A DNA stretch of 64,000 nt from Phyllobates terribilis (taxonomy: Eukaryota): assembly GCF_046119375.1 (NCBI RefSeq), contig NW_027362761.1, forward strand, positions 69,378,001-69,442,000, written 5' to 3'. Under the pieces are notes generated by a model. It was given only the letters and a program-made list of their open reading frames with translations, did no database searches and was not told the DNA's origin. Below are positions 11,591 to 23,985 of this stretch, piece after piece; position 1 is the first letter of the stretch; every line of letters starts with the position of its first letter. Both the position numbers and the translations under genes were made by a program.

Positions 11591-12357
11591 CTCTTACTGA
11601 GGGAAGGAGACTGTTGGTCAAAATCTCACGATACATAATCCCTTCCATCCTCCCTTCAATACAGTGCAGTAGTCCTGTTCCCTTTTCATAAAAGCTCCCA
11701 CAAAGTATGATGTTTCCCCCACGTGTTCTTGGGATGGTACTCATCCTTCTTCTTCCTCCAAGCACGATGAGTGGAGTTGATACCAAAAAGTTCTATTTTA
11801 GTCCCATCTGACCAAGTGACCTTCTTCCATGCCTCCTCTGGATCATCCAGCTGGTCATTGGCTAACTTTAAATGGAACTGAACAAGTGCTGGCATGAGCA
11901 GGGGGAACTTGCATGTCCTGCAGGATTTTATTCCATGACAGTGTAATGTGTTACTAACGGTAATGTTTGAGACTGTGGTCCCAGCTCTCTTCAGGTCATT
12001 GACCAGGTCCTCCCATATAGTTCTGGACTGATTCCTTACCTTTCTCAGAATTATCCTTACCCCACGAGGTGAGATCTTGCATGGAGCCCCAGACCGAGGA
12101 AGATTGACAGGCATCTTGTGTTTCTTCCATTTTCTAATAATTGCGCCAACATTTCGGATTTTAAAAACATTTTTCATGCTGTTGTTATAAAGTATTCTAA
12201 TTTACTGAGATAATGACTTTTGTGTTTTCATTGGCTGTAAGCCATAATCATCAACATTAACAGAAATAAACACGTAAAATAGATCACTGTCTGTAATGAC
12301 TCTGAACTGAAATAAATTAATTTTTTGATGATATTCTAATTTAGTGAGAAGCACTTG
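11591..12357 (-). mobile_element. Tc1-like transposon remnant (transposase fragment plus terminal arm), interrupted by the Gypsy
   Basis: ORF 11686-12177 ([10 protein letters not shown]...[11 protein letters not shown]) and [18 protein letters not shown] running up to the LTR. The terminus reads TA-CAAGTGCTTCTCACTAAATTAGAATA on the - strand. Confidence 0.85.
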
Positions 12358-12466
12358 TAGCTTTTGTTCTGCACATTTCATAGATTATGCAACAAAATGT
12401 AATAAAACATGCAAACTGAAATGCATGAAATAAATATAATTATATCATAGCTGTTCTTCTGCTTAG

Positions 12467-12598
12467 GTTTTAATGTCTTCTGGAGTAGATGAGACCGGAT
12501 CATTGATTCATCAGATTGTAAACTACACCCTTACGTCATGTAAGAATGACCCTTACAAGTGGTTAGACAGGTCATGGCTTTCTGTTCTCATTTGTGAG
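12467..12598 (+). CDS. SHOC1: SHOC1 internal coding exon (132 bp, phase 0-0): [44 protein letters not shown]
   Basis: Acceptor ttctgcttAG and donor GAG|GTacat. Open 44 codons matching recalled human SHOC1 [44 protein letters not shown]. Splices in phase to the exon at 42764. Confidence 0.88.
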
Positions 12599-12679
12599 GT
12601 ACATTTTAATTTAATTTGGGCCATTGTACATTAAAGTATTTACTATTAAATATTATTAAGTTGCAAGTTAAATTATATA

Positions 12680-12959
12680 CAATGGGTACGGAAAGTATTC
12701 AGACCTCTTTAAATATTTCACTCTTTGTTTTATTGCAGCCATTTGGTAAATTCTAAAAAGTTCAATTTTTTTCTCCTTAAAGTACACTCTGCACCCCATC
12801 TTGACGGAAAAAAAATAGAAATGTAGAAATTTTTGCAAATTTATTAAAAAAGAAAAAGTGAAATATCACATGGTCATAATTATTCAGATCCTCCTTGAGA
12901 TGGTTCTACTCCTTCATTGGAGTCCAGCTGTGTTTAATTAAACTGATAGGACTTGATTT
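12680..12959 (+). mobile_element. Tc1-like left end only
   Basis: TA followed by CAATGGGTACGGAAAGTATTCAGAC, a Tc1-type TIR with an inner repeat TATTCAGA. Breaks off at about 12960. Confidence 0.7.
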
Positions 12960-13052
12960 TTTAAAATCCAGGCTAACAAGGGAACGCCACCTGTAACAAA
13001 CAACCACACAGTATTCAACAACTAACAAACTAAAACATCTCCCCATCCTTAA

Positions 13053-13920
13053 TTAACGACGAACATACGTCAAATACTGATCAGAACTCCAGCTCCCAAT
13101 TCGTTTTATCACATCGGCACCTAACCCCAAACTGTCAGCCTCTGACGCAGCGCCAGTTCTGAAAGAATGTGAACCATACACTTCCGGACTAAGGCCCAAT
13201 TCCTGTACTCCTTTTTTAAATACCGCTACAAATTGAAAACGCAACAAAAACTCACCATTTCTATGACATAATAGCAGACCAACTCTCCCTGACCATACTT
13301 GCCAATATGCCACCAAACATTTCCTTGGGCAAAACAAAGCCCCATCTACCTTACCCAATACCACACGCCTGCCTCGGCCCGTTTGGTCTGTCTTCGCACG
13401 CCTGATCCAAAAATCAATATCCCCAGTCCAACAGCTCACGTCCTCAGCCAACAAACCCCCAGCTCTGTTCTTACTAGGTGCCACCAACTCACCTACTCTC
13501 AATGCCCCAAAGAAGGCCAAAGAAAACGCTAACTGAAACAGTGTCGCTTAAAAACTGGAACAACAGATCCTATCTGAAACTAAACCCAACCTTTCCAAAA
13601 TACCAAATGACACCGTCTACGTTTATCTAGAATCCTGCCACCTCTCCTAAAACCCTTTAATGCCTGCTTAACCAAAAAGGATTTTGTAATGTCAGTCATA
13701 CCCTGCAACTTAAAACCGAATGCAAGTCCTGCAATGAATTAACTCTGGACACAGACCACCCAATCTCCACTGCCCTAACAACTAGAAACAACACCGCTAA
13801 CATTCCATCTTCATCACTTTCTACTGCGCCCCATTGCAATACCCAACTGTGCCATACTCGCCATGATGCCTCATCCGACGACCAAGTCTGCCTTGTAATA
13901 GATTCTCATCAACCATCATG
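13053..13920 (-). pseudogene. Tyrosine recombinase of the Ngaro-like element
   Basis: AFFGALRVGEL (catalytic R), HSFRTGAAS (HxxR) and GSWSSDQYLTYVR (W/Y). Confidence 0.9.
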
Positions 13921-15474
13921 CTCCTCCAAAACCAGCTGCCACAGATGTGAAGTGCTTTCTGTCCCACGTCCACTGCCTCTGGCGCCAGTGCCCAAAAACG
14001 ATCCCACTGAAAACGAGACAAAACATCCGCAATGGAATTTTGCACACCTGGAACGTGGACTGCTGTAATCCAAGCATTCAGTTCTAGACAACGGAGAACC
14101 AATTCCCTAAACAGCTTAATAACCGGAGGGGACGAGGCCGACAAACTGTTAACTACTGACCCCACACTCATATTATCACAATGAAACCGTACTCTCCTAT
14201 CCGAGGAAAATTCTCCCCAAATTGAGACTGTGACTTCAATAGGAAATAGCTCCAAAAGCGCCAGGTTCTTTGTGAAGCCACTCTCTTTCCAAGATTTTGG
14301 CCATTCTCCAATACTCCACCGGCCCTTACAATAGGCCCCATAACCAACAATACCAGTAGCATCCGTGTAAATCTCACAATCAAAACTGTTCAAAAGCTCA
14401 TGTTGAATTAGAGACCTACCATAATAATTTTCAAGAAACAACTTCCAAACTTGCAAATCCTCCCTGTGCTCCTTGTTTAAACGAATTAAATGATGTGACG
14501 CCCGCACACCTGCAGTCTCCCGTGACAACCTGAGACAAAAAATCCTATCCTTTGGCATAATCCTGCACGCAAAGTTCAGTCTACCTACCAGTGACTGCAA
14601 CTCCTTCAACGTCACCTTATGTAACTTCCTAATTCTGCCCACCTCCTGCCTAAGGAGAATCAATTTATCCTCCGGCAACCTACATTCCATCCTTTTTGAG
14701 TCAATTAATATACCTAAAAAACTTAAAACGCCTACGCCAATGGAACCTCAAACTGCTCTGCTACCCACACCATAGTTGCTAACAAATTCCTACACACAAA
14801 CGAATCCGGAGGGCCAATAAACAGAAAATCATCCAAATAATGAATGACCGACTGCACGGATGCCACATCCCTTACCACCCACTCCAAAAGGGTACTAAAA
14901 GTTTCAAACAAAGAACACGAAATTGCACACCCCATCGGCAAACATCGATCCAGGTAATACTCGCCATTCCAAAAACGTACCTAACAACATAATGCTATCC
15001 GGGTGCACTGGGAGCAGCCTGAACACTAACTTAATATTAGTCTTAGCTAACAATGACCCAGGCCCGTATCTTCGCACCCACTGCACCGCTGCATCTAATG
15101 ATGTATATGCCATCATTAACAGAAAGCCCCTTTTGGTACGACAAATGCTGAATCAGCCGAAACGTGTTCAGCTCCTTCTTAGGTACAACCCCTAATGGAG
15201 AAATAATCACGTCCTCACATGGCAAACTTAGAAAAGGACCCCCCATCCTACCAACTCCACCTCCTTCTTCAACTTTTCACTAACCACCTCCGGAAGCAGT
15301 GACGCCAACCTTAAATTTTTAACTGAAAACAGAATACTATAATTAGGTGGCGGAATCCTGAAACCTTCCGAAAAACCATCCAAAATAACTGCGGACTTCA
15401 ACTGATCCGGATATCTACTTAGAAAGGTGGCCATCTCGCGATGTTTCACAGGAGTCACCCCCTTGACCGGTACC
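13860..15474 (-). pseudogene. RT-RNase H of the Ngaro-like element (frameshifted)
   Basis: SPLGVVPKK, FRLIQHLSY, FRLLPVHP, HYLDDFLFIG, IYTDATG, RFHCDNM and NSIADVLSR are spread over ORFs 13821-15710. Confidence 0.9.
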
Positions 15475-17547
15475 CAGCGGCGTACCGCGGTAGACCACGC
15501 CACTGCTATGGGGCCCGTGACCGCAGGGGGGCCCGTGAGCCGAGGGGCCCCAAGCAGCGGGGGGACCCAAGCAGCGTGGGGAAGAGTTGTATAGGTGAGT
15601 ATTGGTGGATAGTGGTGGGGGGAGGGAGGTTGCGGCAGAGCGGAGCACACACAGTAGTCGCTGAAGCAGCTATCACGTGTGCCCGCTGCTAAAGAGACAT
15701 GAATATTCATTCTCTTTAGTAGCGGGCACGGAGGAGCGCTGAGTCGCAGCTCCTGCTGACAGTGCCTGCTACTAAAGAGAATGCATATTCACGCTTCTCC
15801 ACGCCCATAGTCCTGGCGTGGAGAGGAGTGAATATGCCGGCAGCAGCAGCTCACCTCGGGATCCGAGAATGCGCGTTGCTCAGATGCCGACATGAGCTGC
15901 AGCAGACAGGACGCAGCGCTGGAGGAGAGGTGAGGAAGGAAGGTGAGTATTAGTGTTTATTTTTTTTTGTGTGTGCAGTGATTGGGGGATGAGCGGGCCA
16001 TATATACCAGGATTGTGGGTTTGGGGGGGCCACACATACCAAGATTGGGGAATTGAGGAGGCCACGCATACCAGGATTGGGGGATTGAGGAGGCCACGCA
16101 TACCAGGATTGGGGGATTGAGGAAGCCACACATACCAGAATTAGGTGATTGAGGAGGCCACACATACCAGTATTGGGGGATTGAGGAGGCCACACATACC
16201 AGGATTGGGGGATTGAGGAGGCCACACATACCAGGATTGGGGGATTGAGGAGACCACACATACCAGGATTGGGGGATTGAGGAGACCACACATACCAGGA
16301 TTGGGGGATTGAGGAGGCCACACATACCAGGATTGAGGGATTGAGGAGGCCACACATACCAGGATTGGGGGATTGAGGAGACCACACAGACCAGGATTGG
16401 GGGATTGAGGAGACCACACATACCAGGATTGGGGGATTGAGGAGGCCACACATACCAGGATTGAGGGATTGAGGAGGCCACACATACCAGGATTGGGGGA
16501 TTGAGAAGGCCACACATCCCAGGATTGGGGGATTGAGGAGACCACACATCCCAGGATTGGGGGATTGAGGAGGCCACACATATCAGGATTGGGGGATTGA
16601 AGAGGTCACACATACCAGGATTGGGCGATTGAGGAGGCCACACATACCAGGATTGGGGGATGAAGGGTGCCATACGTACACGTACCAGGATTGGGGGATG
16701 AGGGGTGCCATATGTACCAGGATTGGGAAATTTACTATTAGCTGCTGCATTTCCCACCCTAGGCTTACACTCGAGTCAATACGTTTTCCAGTTTTTTTGT
16801 AGTAAAATTAGGGGCCTCGGCTTATACTCGGGTTGGCTTATTTAAAATATACGGTATTTTAAAAATCAGTGAGTACGTGGTGCCCATAATACTGCAGGAC
16901 TGTGGGGTGCATTATACTATATGGGGGCTGCATTTTACCCTATGGGGTGTGTAATATACTGTATGGAGGACTGTGGGGAGTGAATTATATTCTATGGAGG
17001 ACCATGGGAAGTTCATTATACTATATGGAGGATTATGAGGGGGCGCATTATACTATATGGAGGATTATCAGTGGCGTATTATACTATATGGAAGGCTATG
17101 TGGGGCCTTTATAATATTTTGAGGGCTATGTGGGGGGCCATTATACTGTTTGGAGGGCTAGTGCAGGCCATTATACTGTATGTAAGCCCATTATAGTGTA
17201 TGGAGGGCTCTGCGGGGGTCACAGTTGGGGGATCATACTGTGTTGGTGTCACCATACTTTGCCTTAGGAGTTGAAGTGGGGTACTGTAGGGTCATTATAC
17301 TGTGCATGTGGAGGAATGCACCATGGGGGTATCATACTGTGTTTGGGGGGCACTTTTGTTGGCATCATACTTTATGGGGAAATGAAAGAGGGATCTTGGA
17401 CTTTAGCAGGAGGAAAATTACTATGTAAAGGCTGGAAAGTTGTGAGATCTGCTCTTCTGTGACACAGACAAATATTTCTTTATTTATTTGGGGGGGCCCA
17501 ATTAGAGCTTCTGCTATGGGGCCCCATGATTTCTATGTACGCCCCTG
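15475..17547 (+). mobile_element. Non-autonomous hAT element, 2073 bp, 8 bp TSD CCGGTACC
   Basis: TIRs CAGCGGCGTAC and GTACGCCCCTG (10/11 match). CCGGTACC at 15467-15474 and 17548-17555. Confidence 0.92.
15990..16725. repeat. 32 bp minisatellite, about 23 copies
   Basis: Unit ACCAGGATTGGGGGATTGAGGAGGCCACACAT. Produces the 32-aa periodic ORFs. Confidence 0.95.
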
Positions 17548-17555
17548 CCGGTACC

Positions 17556-19673
17556 CACTGAAGGCTTTCCTTTTCCTTTCCTAAAACATTTAGATGCCGT
17601 GAGTGAGCTTCCGTTACAATGGGAGCACACGTGTTTGAATTTACAACTGTTCCCATACTTACACTGGCCGTCATTAAATTGCCAGCACGTTCCTGTTTTT
17701 TCCTTTGTACCTTGTGTCCCCTGATTCTCCCCCCCCGTGACCTGCTGATTGATTCCCGCTACTTTCGCTCCCGTGAAAGGACTGCCCGTACCTAGCTGGA
17801 GCCATAACCTTTAGCCACAGCCCGATATCCTTCTGATCTCACCTAATCTCAGGCCTCACTGCCTTCCTCTGCCGAAATTGCTCATCATATCTTAACTATG
17901 TCTGTCCCCCATAAATACGATATGCCTCCCCAATAGAATCTTGGTAACAAAATAAACCCAAGCAATTATCCTTTTCCCCAATGACACTAGCCAGTATCGC
18001 AAACGCCTGCAACCAATTCACAAACGTATGCGGAATCAACCTCCACCTCCTCTTCTCTTCCTCCTCTTTTTTACTGTCATCCTTCCTCCCCTTGTCGAAA
18101 TTAAACTTTTCGAGGGGGAGGAGTGAAAAAATTTACACATATTCATCCCGCCAAATTTTTTCCTTTACTTCCTTCTTCAAGTGTGCCCCAATGGCCCCTC
18201 AAAGCACACGTACACCTCACCTTTTACTCTATCGTCGAGCTTCACTGCCTCTGCTTTATCTTTTTCCGTCTGCACGGACAAAAACACACCAGTAGATGCC
18301 CCGTCAACCCCTTCCACCGACCTGAACGATTCACTTCTGCCCCACCGCACAACAGACTGACCTGGTAACCAAGCCCCCACAGGTGATAACCCTGAACCCA
18401 CTCTGTGACTCACTATATAACCTTGACAGGAATTGCAACATGCTTGCTAAAATATCCCTGAGCCCTGGTACCTCTGCCCCACTAGGCCCACCGACATTCC
18501 TCCTGCTAGGCCCTGCCAATTGACTACCCACTACACCTTGTGACCCTAACCCCTCGGGCAACAAACCAAACATAGAGTTTTACTTACCGAGCTGCGCAGG
18601 TGCTGTGTCCCCGCCAGCCGTAAGTCCAAATCCTTAAGATCCCTTTCGCCGTTAGTCTCCGCTGTAGCTCGATCCCTCCGATTCCTATAGCTGCTCAAGG
18701 CCCGCACCCCTCGCCTCCACGTCACCAGGGGGGACCCGAACAGTTACCAATGCTTCCTCTGCGCCATGACCAAAGGATCGCCTTCTACGTGTCCTCCCGC
18801 CGCTCCTTGCTGTAGCCCTTGACCCCGGTCGGCCTCCATACCCAGCCAAATTAGCAAATTAGCCCGGTCCGTATTTGCTCTGAAAAGAACTGCCAGGCTG
18901 CTCCCTATTGCTGCCCGCTGCTCCGCTCACCACAAGCTGATTAGGAAGAACAGGCGGCAGATCTTCAAAGTTCTGCTGCCTGCCCGTAGAAACTCCCTGT
19001 CGCTCCGTCTAGTAGGCACACCGACTGGAGCATCGCTGGGTGTACCTGCCGTGGTGCAGCCTCCCCTGGACATGCTCCTGGACGCCGCTCGCTGCTGCGC
19101 CTGTCCGTTGGGGTCAATTCCTCTGCTGGAAGGCCGCACCAGTGATGAAGCCCGTTCTTCCGGTGTGGCCCTCCTGACTTGCACCGACCCTCGGCCCGAT
19201 GCAGGCCACACTTCCGGTATGGCCCTGGCTCCCGTCCCGGGCCGTGCCCGCAGTGTAGGCCCCACTTCCGGTGCGGCCCTGCCTCCTGGCCCAGACCACA
19301 CGCTCGATGAAGGCCGCAGTTCCGGTGCAGCCCTCACTTCTGGTGCGGGCCGCGACCCACTTGCTGCAGCGCCTGCGGGCCGGCTGGGCAGATTCCTTAC
19401 GGAACGAGCACGGCAGCGGGGGACCACACTGTCTCGCTCACCTCTCGCAGGGTCCCTGGAGGGGCTCCGCAGCCTGTGCCTGCAGTGCGTGGACACCTCA
19501 ACCGACAGTCTCTCCGAGAACCTTGTTCTCCTGGCTCTCCTTCCTGACCCTGATGGCACATCTTCAGTACGGGCACTCCCCAGCAACTCCAATAGCTGGG
19601 ACTCCAGCCACCCGCTACTTCTGGACTGCGCTGCGTCCCCCAACTGGCTGATGAAGGATTCCACCGGATCCAT
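17556..19673 (-). pseudogene. Gag-like ORF1 of the Ngaro-like element (broken)
   Basis: Starts MDPVESFISQLGDAAQSRSSGWLESQL. Conserved block ...NWLQAFAILASVIG...WLRYDEQFRQRKA... near 17800-18150. Confidence 0.75.
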
Positions 19674-20114
19674 GAGGTAATTGCTGTGACTCCTGACTGT
19701 GTGGATGGGTCTTTCCTCTGTTGCTTCCCAGCAGGAATGGCGATTTTCCCGCACTTTTCCTTTTATATCCCACTCCCCTTCTTCCCAGTGCCCCCCCCAT
19801 TAGGAGTTCCTACCCAATCCCAATCCCCCATTTACATTTGAATTTCCACCCTCCTGGCCAATCCCGGTCATGGGGGGCCTCCTTCTAGCTTTGCTTGTCT
19901 CCTGCCCCCTCCTTTAAATGGGGTGTTTGGGATACAATATTTTGTTGACAGGCAGCAACGGTGACGTCATGATCACAATGCACATGATCACTGCCACCAA
20001 TTCTGGGCTCAGTAGCTCTGCAACCCTATGAATAAAAAAATGTATCTCTGACAACCACTTTAGCCCCTCCACTTTTTCCACTTTTAGTATATAGTATAAT
20101 GAACTTTACATTGT

Positions 20115-21701
20115 CATCTATAGAATATAATGCACTCCCCATAGTCCTCCATACAGTATATTACACACCCCATAGGGTAAAATGCAGGCCCCATGTAGTA
20201 TAATGCACCCCACAGTCCTGCAGTATTATGGGACCACGTACTCACTGATTTTAAAATACCGTATATTTTAAATAAACCGACCCGAGTATAAGCCGAGGCC
20301 CCTCATTTTACCACAAAAAAACTGGGAAAACGTATTGACTTGAGTATAAGCCTAGGGTGGGAATTGCAGCAGCTACTGGTAAATTTCCCAATCCTGGTAT
20401 GTGTAGTCTCCCCACATTCCCCAATCCTGGTATGTATGGCCTCCCCACATCCCCAATCCTGGTATATGTGGCCTCACCACATCCCCCAATCCTGGCATGT
20501 GTGGCCTCCCCACATCCCCCAATCCTGGCATCTGTGGCCTCCCTACATCCCCCAATCCTGGCATCTGTGGCCTCCCTACATTCTCTAATCCTGGTATGTG
20601 TGGCCTCCCCACATCGCCCAATCCTGGCATGTGTGGCCTCCCCACATCGCCCAATCCTGGCATGTGTGGCCTCCCCACATCGCCCAATCCTGGCATGTGT
20701 GGCCTCCCCACATCGCCCAATCCTGGTATGTGTGGCCTCCCCACATCCCCCAATCCTGGCATCTGTGGCCTCCCCACATCGCCCAATCCTGGCATGTGTG
20801 GCCTCCCCACATCGCCCAATCCTGGCATGTGTGGCCTCCTCACATCCCCCAATCCTGGCATGTGTGGCCTCCTCACATCCCCCAATCCTGGCATGTGTGG
20901 CCTCCTCACATCCCCCAATCCTGGCATGTGTGGCCTCCCCACAGCCCCCAATCCTGGCATGTGTGGCCTCCCCACATCCCCCAATCCTGGCATGTGTGGC
21001 CTCCCCACATCCCCCAATCCTGGTCTGTGTGGCCTCCTCAATCCCCCAATCCTGGTATGTGTGGCCTCCTCAATCCCCCAATCCTGGTATGTATGGCCTC
21101 CTCATCCCCCAATCCTGGCCTGTGTGGCTTCCTCATCCCCCAATCCTGGTATGTATGGCCTCCTCATCCCCCAATCCTGGTATGTGTGGCCCTCTCACCC
21201 CCCAAACCTAGTATGTATGGTCTCAATCACTGCACACATAAAATAATAAACACTTATATTCACCTTCCTTCCTCACCTCTGCTCCAGCGCTGCTGCGTCC
21301 TGTCTGCAGATGCTGAGGTGAGCTGCTGCTGCTACCGGCACATTCACGCTCCTCCATGCCGGGACTATGGGCGTGGAGAATATACTTTCTCTTTAGCAGC
21401 GGGCACTGACAGCACTCCTCTGTGCCCGGTACTAAAGAGAATGAATATTCCCTCTTCTCCATGACCGTGGGAGTGGAGAAGAGGGAATATTCATGTCCCT
21501 TTAGCAGGCACACGTGGTAGCTGCAGCAGGGGCTACAGTGTGTTCCGGCTCCTCCGCCATCGCCACAACCTCCCTCCCCGCAATACTCACCTATCCTCCT
21601 GGTTCCCACGCTGCTTGGGGCCCTCCCTGCTTATGGGCCCCCCTCCGGTCACGGGCCCCATAGCAGTGGTGTGGCCTGCCGCCATTGGCAGTACGCCACT
21701 G
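20115..21701 (-). mobile_element. Second, inverted copy of the 15475-17547 hAT element; one end missing
   Basis: 20115-20390 is the reverse complement of about 16720-17000. Ends GTACGCCACTG at 21701. No matching left TIR found. Confidence 0.85.
20385..21220. repeat. 33 bp minisatellite (about 25 copies), grading to 32 bp units at the end
   Basis: Unit CCCCCAATCCTGGCATGTGTGGCCTCCCCACAT. Produces the 11-aa periodic ORFs. Confidence 0.95.
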
Positions 21702-23475
21702 TTGGTAGAATATGTTGAAGGTCATTGGCATCCACATTCCTTCTAAGATATTTATCTGTGGTTTCTAGAACTGTAATTTCCTACCAATGGTGTTGCAATC
21801 TGCCACCAGGTTTTTGCTATGGATTCCGAGAAGAGTATGATGTAGGGGTCGAGATTCTGATTCCAGCAATGTGTCACTTGCTGGCCTGCATGCTGTCATT
21901 TTGATACAATCACTATTTTATTAGCTGCAGATCTGGCAGTGCTCAGAATGCCGAGCCCTGTATAACCCCGCCCACACCACTGATTGGCAGATTTCTAATC
22001 AGTGATGAAAGTGGGGTTACACAGAGCAGTTGACTGAATCATGCTGTTCTCAGATTACATATTAAAAACCTGTTGACGGATTCCCTTTAACTGATTGAGT
22101 CTAGGGACACATTGCGCTTGTGGCCATTGTTGGTCACAAATGCTCAAAAGGTATATGCTTAGCAGTGGCCACAATCAGAATGGATGCGTAAACATTTCTC
22201 CAACATAGGAATCCATTGTAAAAAATGTATACCACAAGCTACTGCGCTTTCCTACACAGTTCAACAAATGGTATGTTGAAGCATACCGGCCAAACTGAAG
22301 CAAAAAAAGTACACTTTTGGCCTCCTTCTGGTGGGTGGTAGCCATTATGAAGACCTGGACTGACAATCTGCGGCACTGTGCTGTTCAATTGTATTTGCTG
22401 CAAATGAAAAATGGGTACCATTCGCTCCATTTCCATACCCCTCTGTTGAATGATAAGGAGTAGAGATAAGTAGTTTAATCTGCAGAGGATTGAGTTCAAG
22501 TTTAATTTCATGAAATTCACGGTTTCACAAGTTCAAAAATTGTGAGATTTAATTTGTGGTTCACAAAAAAAAATAAGCTTACTCGGCACTGAGAGAGTGG
22601 GCTAACGTCATTTTGCGTTGCCTCATGGGTCTCCCCATAATGCCCTGCAGCTATGACATCTAATAGATTATCATACCTTATACAGTGGAGGTCAGTACCT
22701 GGGCCAACAGAAATCAATGTTTCCCAGTGACATCTAAGCTGAGTGGGGGTGCTAGCAGGAATTTGTGACTAGTCCTAGCTGCAGCACTGTCTGGATCACT
22801 CAAAGAGGAAGTGTAGTGTGATTTTGTAAGTCAGTTTTTTCTTAATCACTAATAGCGCAGGGGTTTTCTCCAATGGTGGCTAAAAAGTAAGGACAGCCTG
22901 AACATGAGCCCATCTACAGGTAGGAGGCAGGAGGGGGGAGATTGATTCCAGAATGTATGCTGTGCATGACTCCAAATCGCACAGTTGGCAGCCAATGACT
23001 GAACCCTCTGCATCCTTTTCCCTGTGTTCTTGAGTGACAGCTCTGGTGGTCTGCTGGGTGGAAATTACAGCCATTACTCAAGAATAGAAGGAATTGTCTT
23101 GTATAGCCTACAGCAGTGCGATAACCGTGGTGGTATAATTGGCTATGTTGCTGCTTGTATTAATGGTTGCATACACTTTTTCTTCATTTAAAAAGTGTAT
23201 CTTTTTCCCTGACTTTTTACAAGCTATTCTGTACTTTTGATTTCCTTCTTGTGTTGATGGAGAATGTTTGCATACAATATTTCAGGAAGTGGAAAGAGGC
23301 ATGAGCAAATAAAGCAAAATTAGTAGAATTATGCTCTTCACGCCTCTATTTTAAATGGTTTAAGGGAAAGGGCAATATTGTATGTACTATGGTGGGGTTT
23401 GTGTAAGAGGGCTGCTTTTCAGCTCCAGCCCTGCCTTTTCAAACATTAAAGTATACATACTCCTAAACCCCTTGA

Positions 23476-23773
23476 AGGGAACCTGTTGTAAGAAAAACTG
23501 TATTTTCCCAAAGCCATAGCACTAATCTGCAGGTAAATACTGTTCCAGACATATTTGGCTGTCTAATGGGATATTTATCTAAAGGGAGAAAATTAAGTTA
23601 TATCCTTCCTGCAGCTACTCTGTTTCACTCATCTTGGTGGCACCAAAGCAATAGTCACCATTCTACATGGTGCTGTAATCATGCCCACTGATCCTTGAGA
23701 AACATCCTGCTCTGGAATGATAGTTAACTGCTGTTTAGTACTATGAAAGTAGATCAATAGTAACAGGGTCCCT
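23476..23773. mobile_element. TTAA-type (T2/Kolobok-like) MITE, degenerate
   Basis: AGGGAACCTGTT...AACAGGGTCCCT termini with decayed TTAA flanks. Confidence 0.55.
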
Positions 23774-23985
23774 TGAATAAAGGCTTATTGTGTGTGCAGA
23801 AAAACATAGAATTTTATCTAATATAGAGACACAGTGGGATTCAAGTTTCAAAACTTTTTTGCTTTTTTTGCCTATGGTAAAACTTGCCATTAGTGCTTCT
23901 ATAAAATTATTCTATAAAATAGTTTGATGATTAGTAGTAGAAAGTATTCATTACCGGAGAGTACGATTTTTTAAAATCCTGTTAA

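Larger units (their letters stand above)
12960..19800 (-). mobile_element. Ngaro-like (DIRS order) tyrosine-recombinase retrotransposon, 3' truncated and interrupted by a hAT MITE
   Basis: Gag-like ORF1, then RT (YLDDFLF), RNase H (YTDA..DN..AD) and YR in order on the - strand. No DIRS1-type ITR/ICR found. RT motif LPMGCAISC is of the Ngaro type. Confidence 0.85.

Noticed and set aside
10756-11595. AAGAG before and CTCTT after the 3' LTR extend its terminal inverted repeat
   Set aside because: The left part is the PPT and the right part is Tc1 coding sequence. A 5 bp coincidence with no mechanism I can support.
19690-19800. Split direct repeats expected for Ngaro
   Set aside because: No second copy found, because the 3' end is deleted. 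The Ngaro call rests on protein motifs only.
15950-21464. Long repetitive ORFs (up to 288 aa; PPQSPNPG, GRPHMPGLGDV)
   Set aside because: By-products of 32/33 bp minisatellites, open in several frames and on both strands. No splice or coding signal.
23240-23320. YNIS / EVERGMS resembling SHOC1 YNISLVERGCS
   Set aside because: Needs a frameshift, is bounded by stops, and is out of order: exons 12467 and 42764 are already contiguous in the protein.
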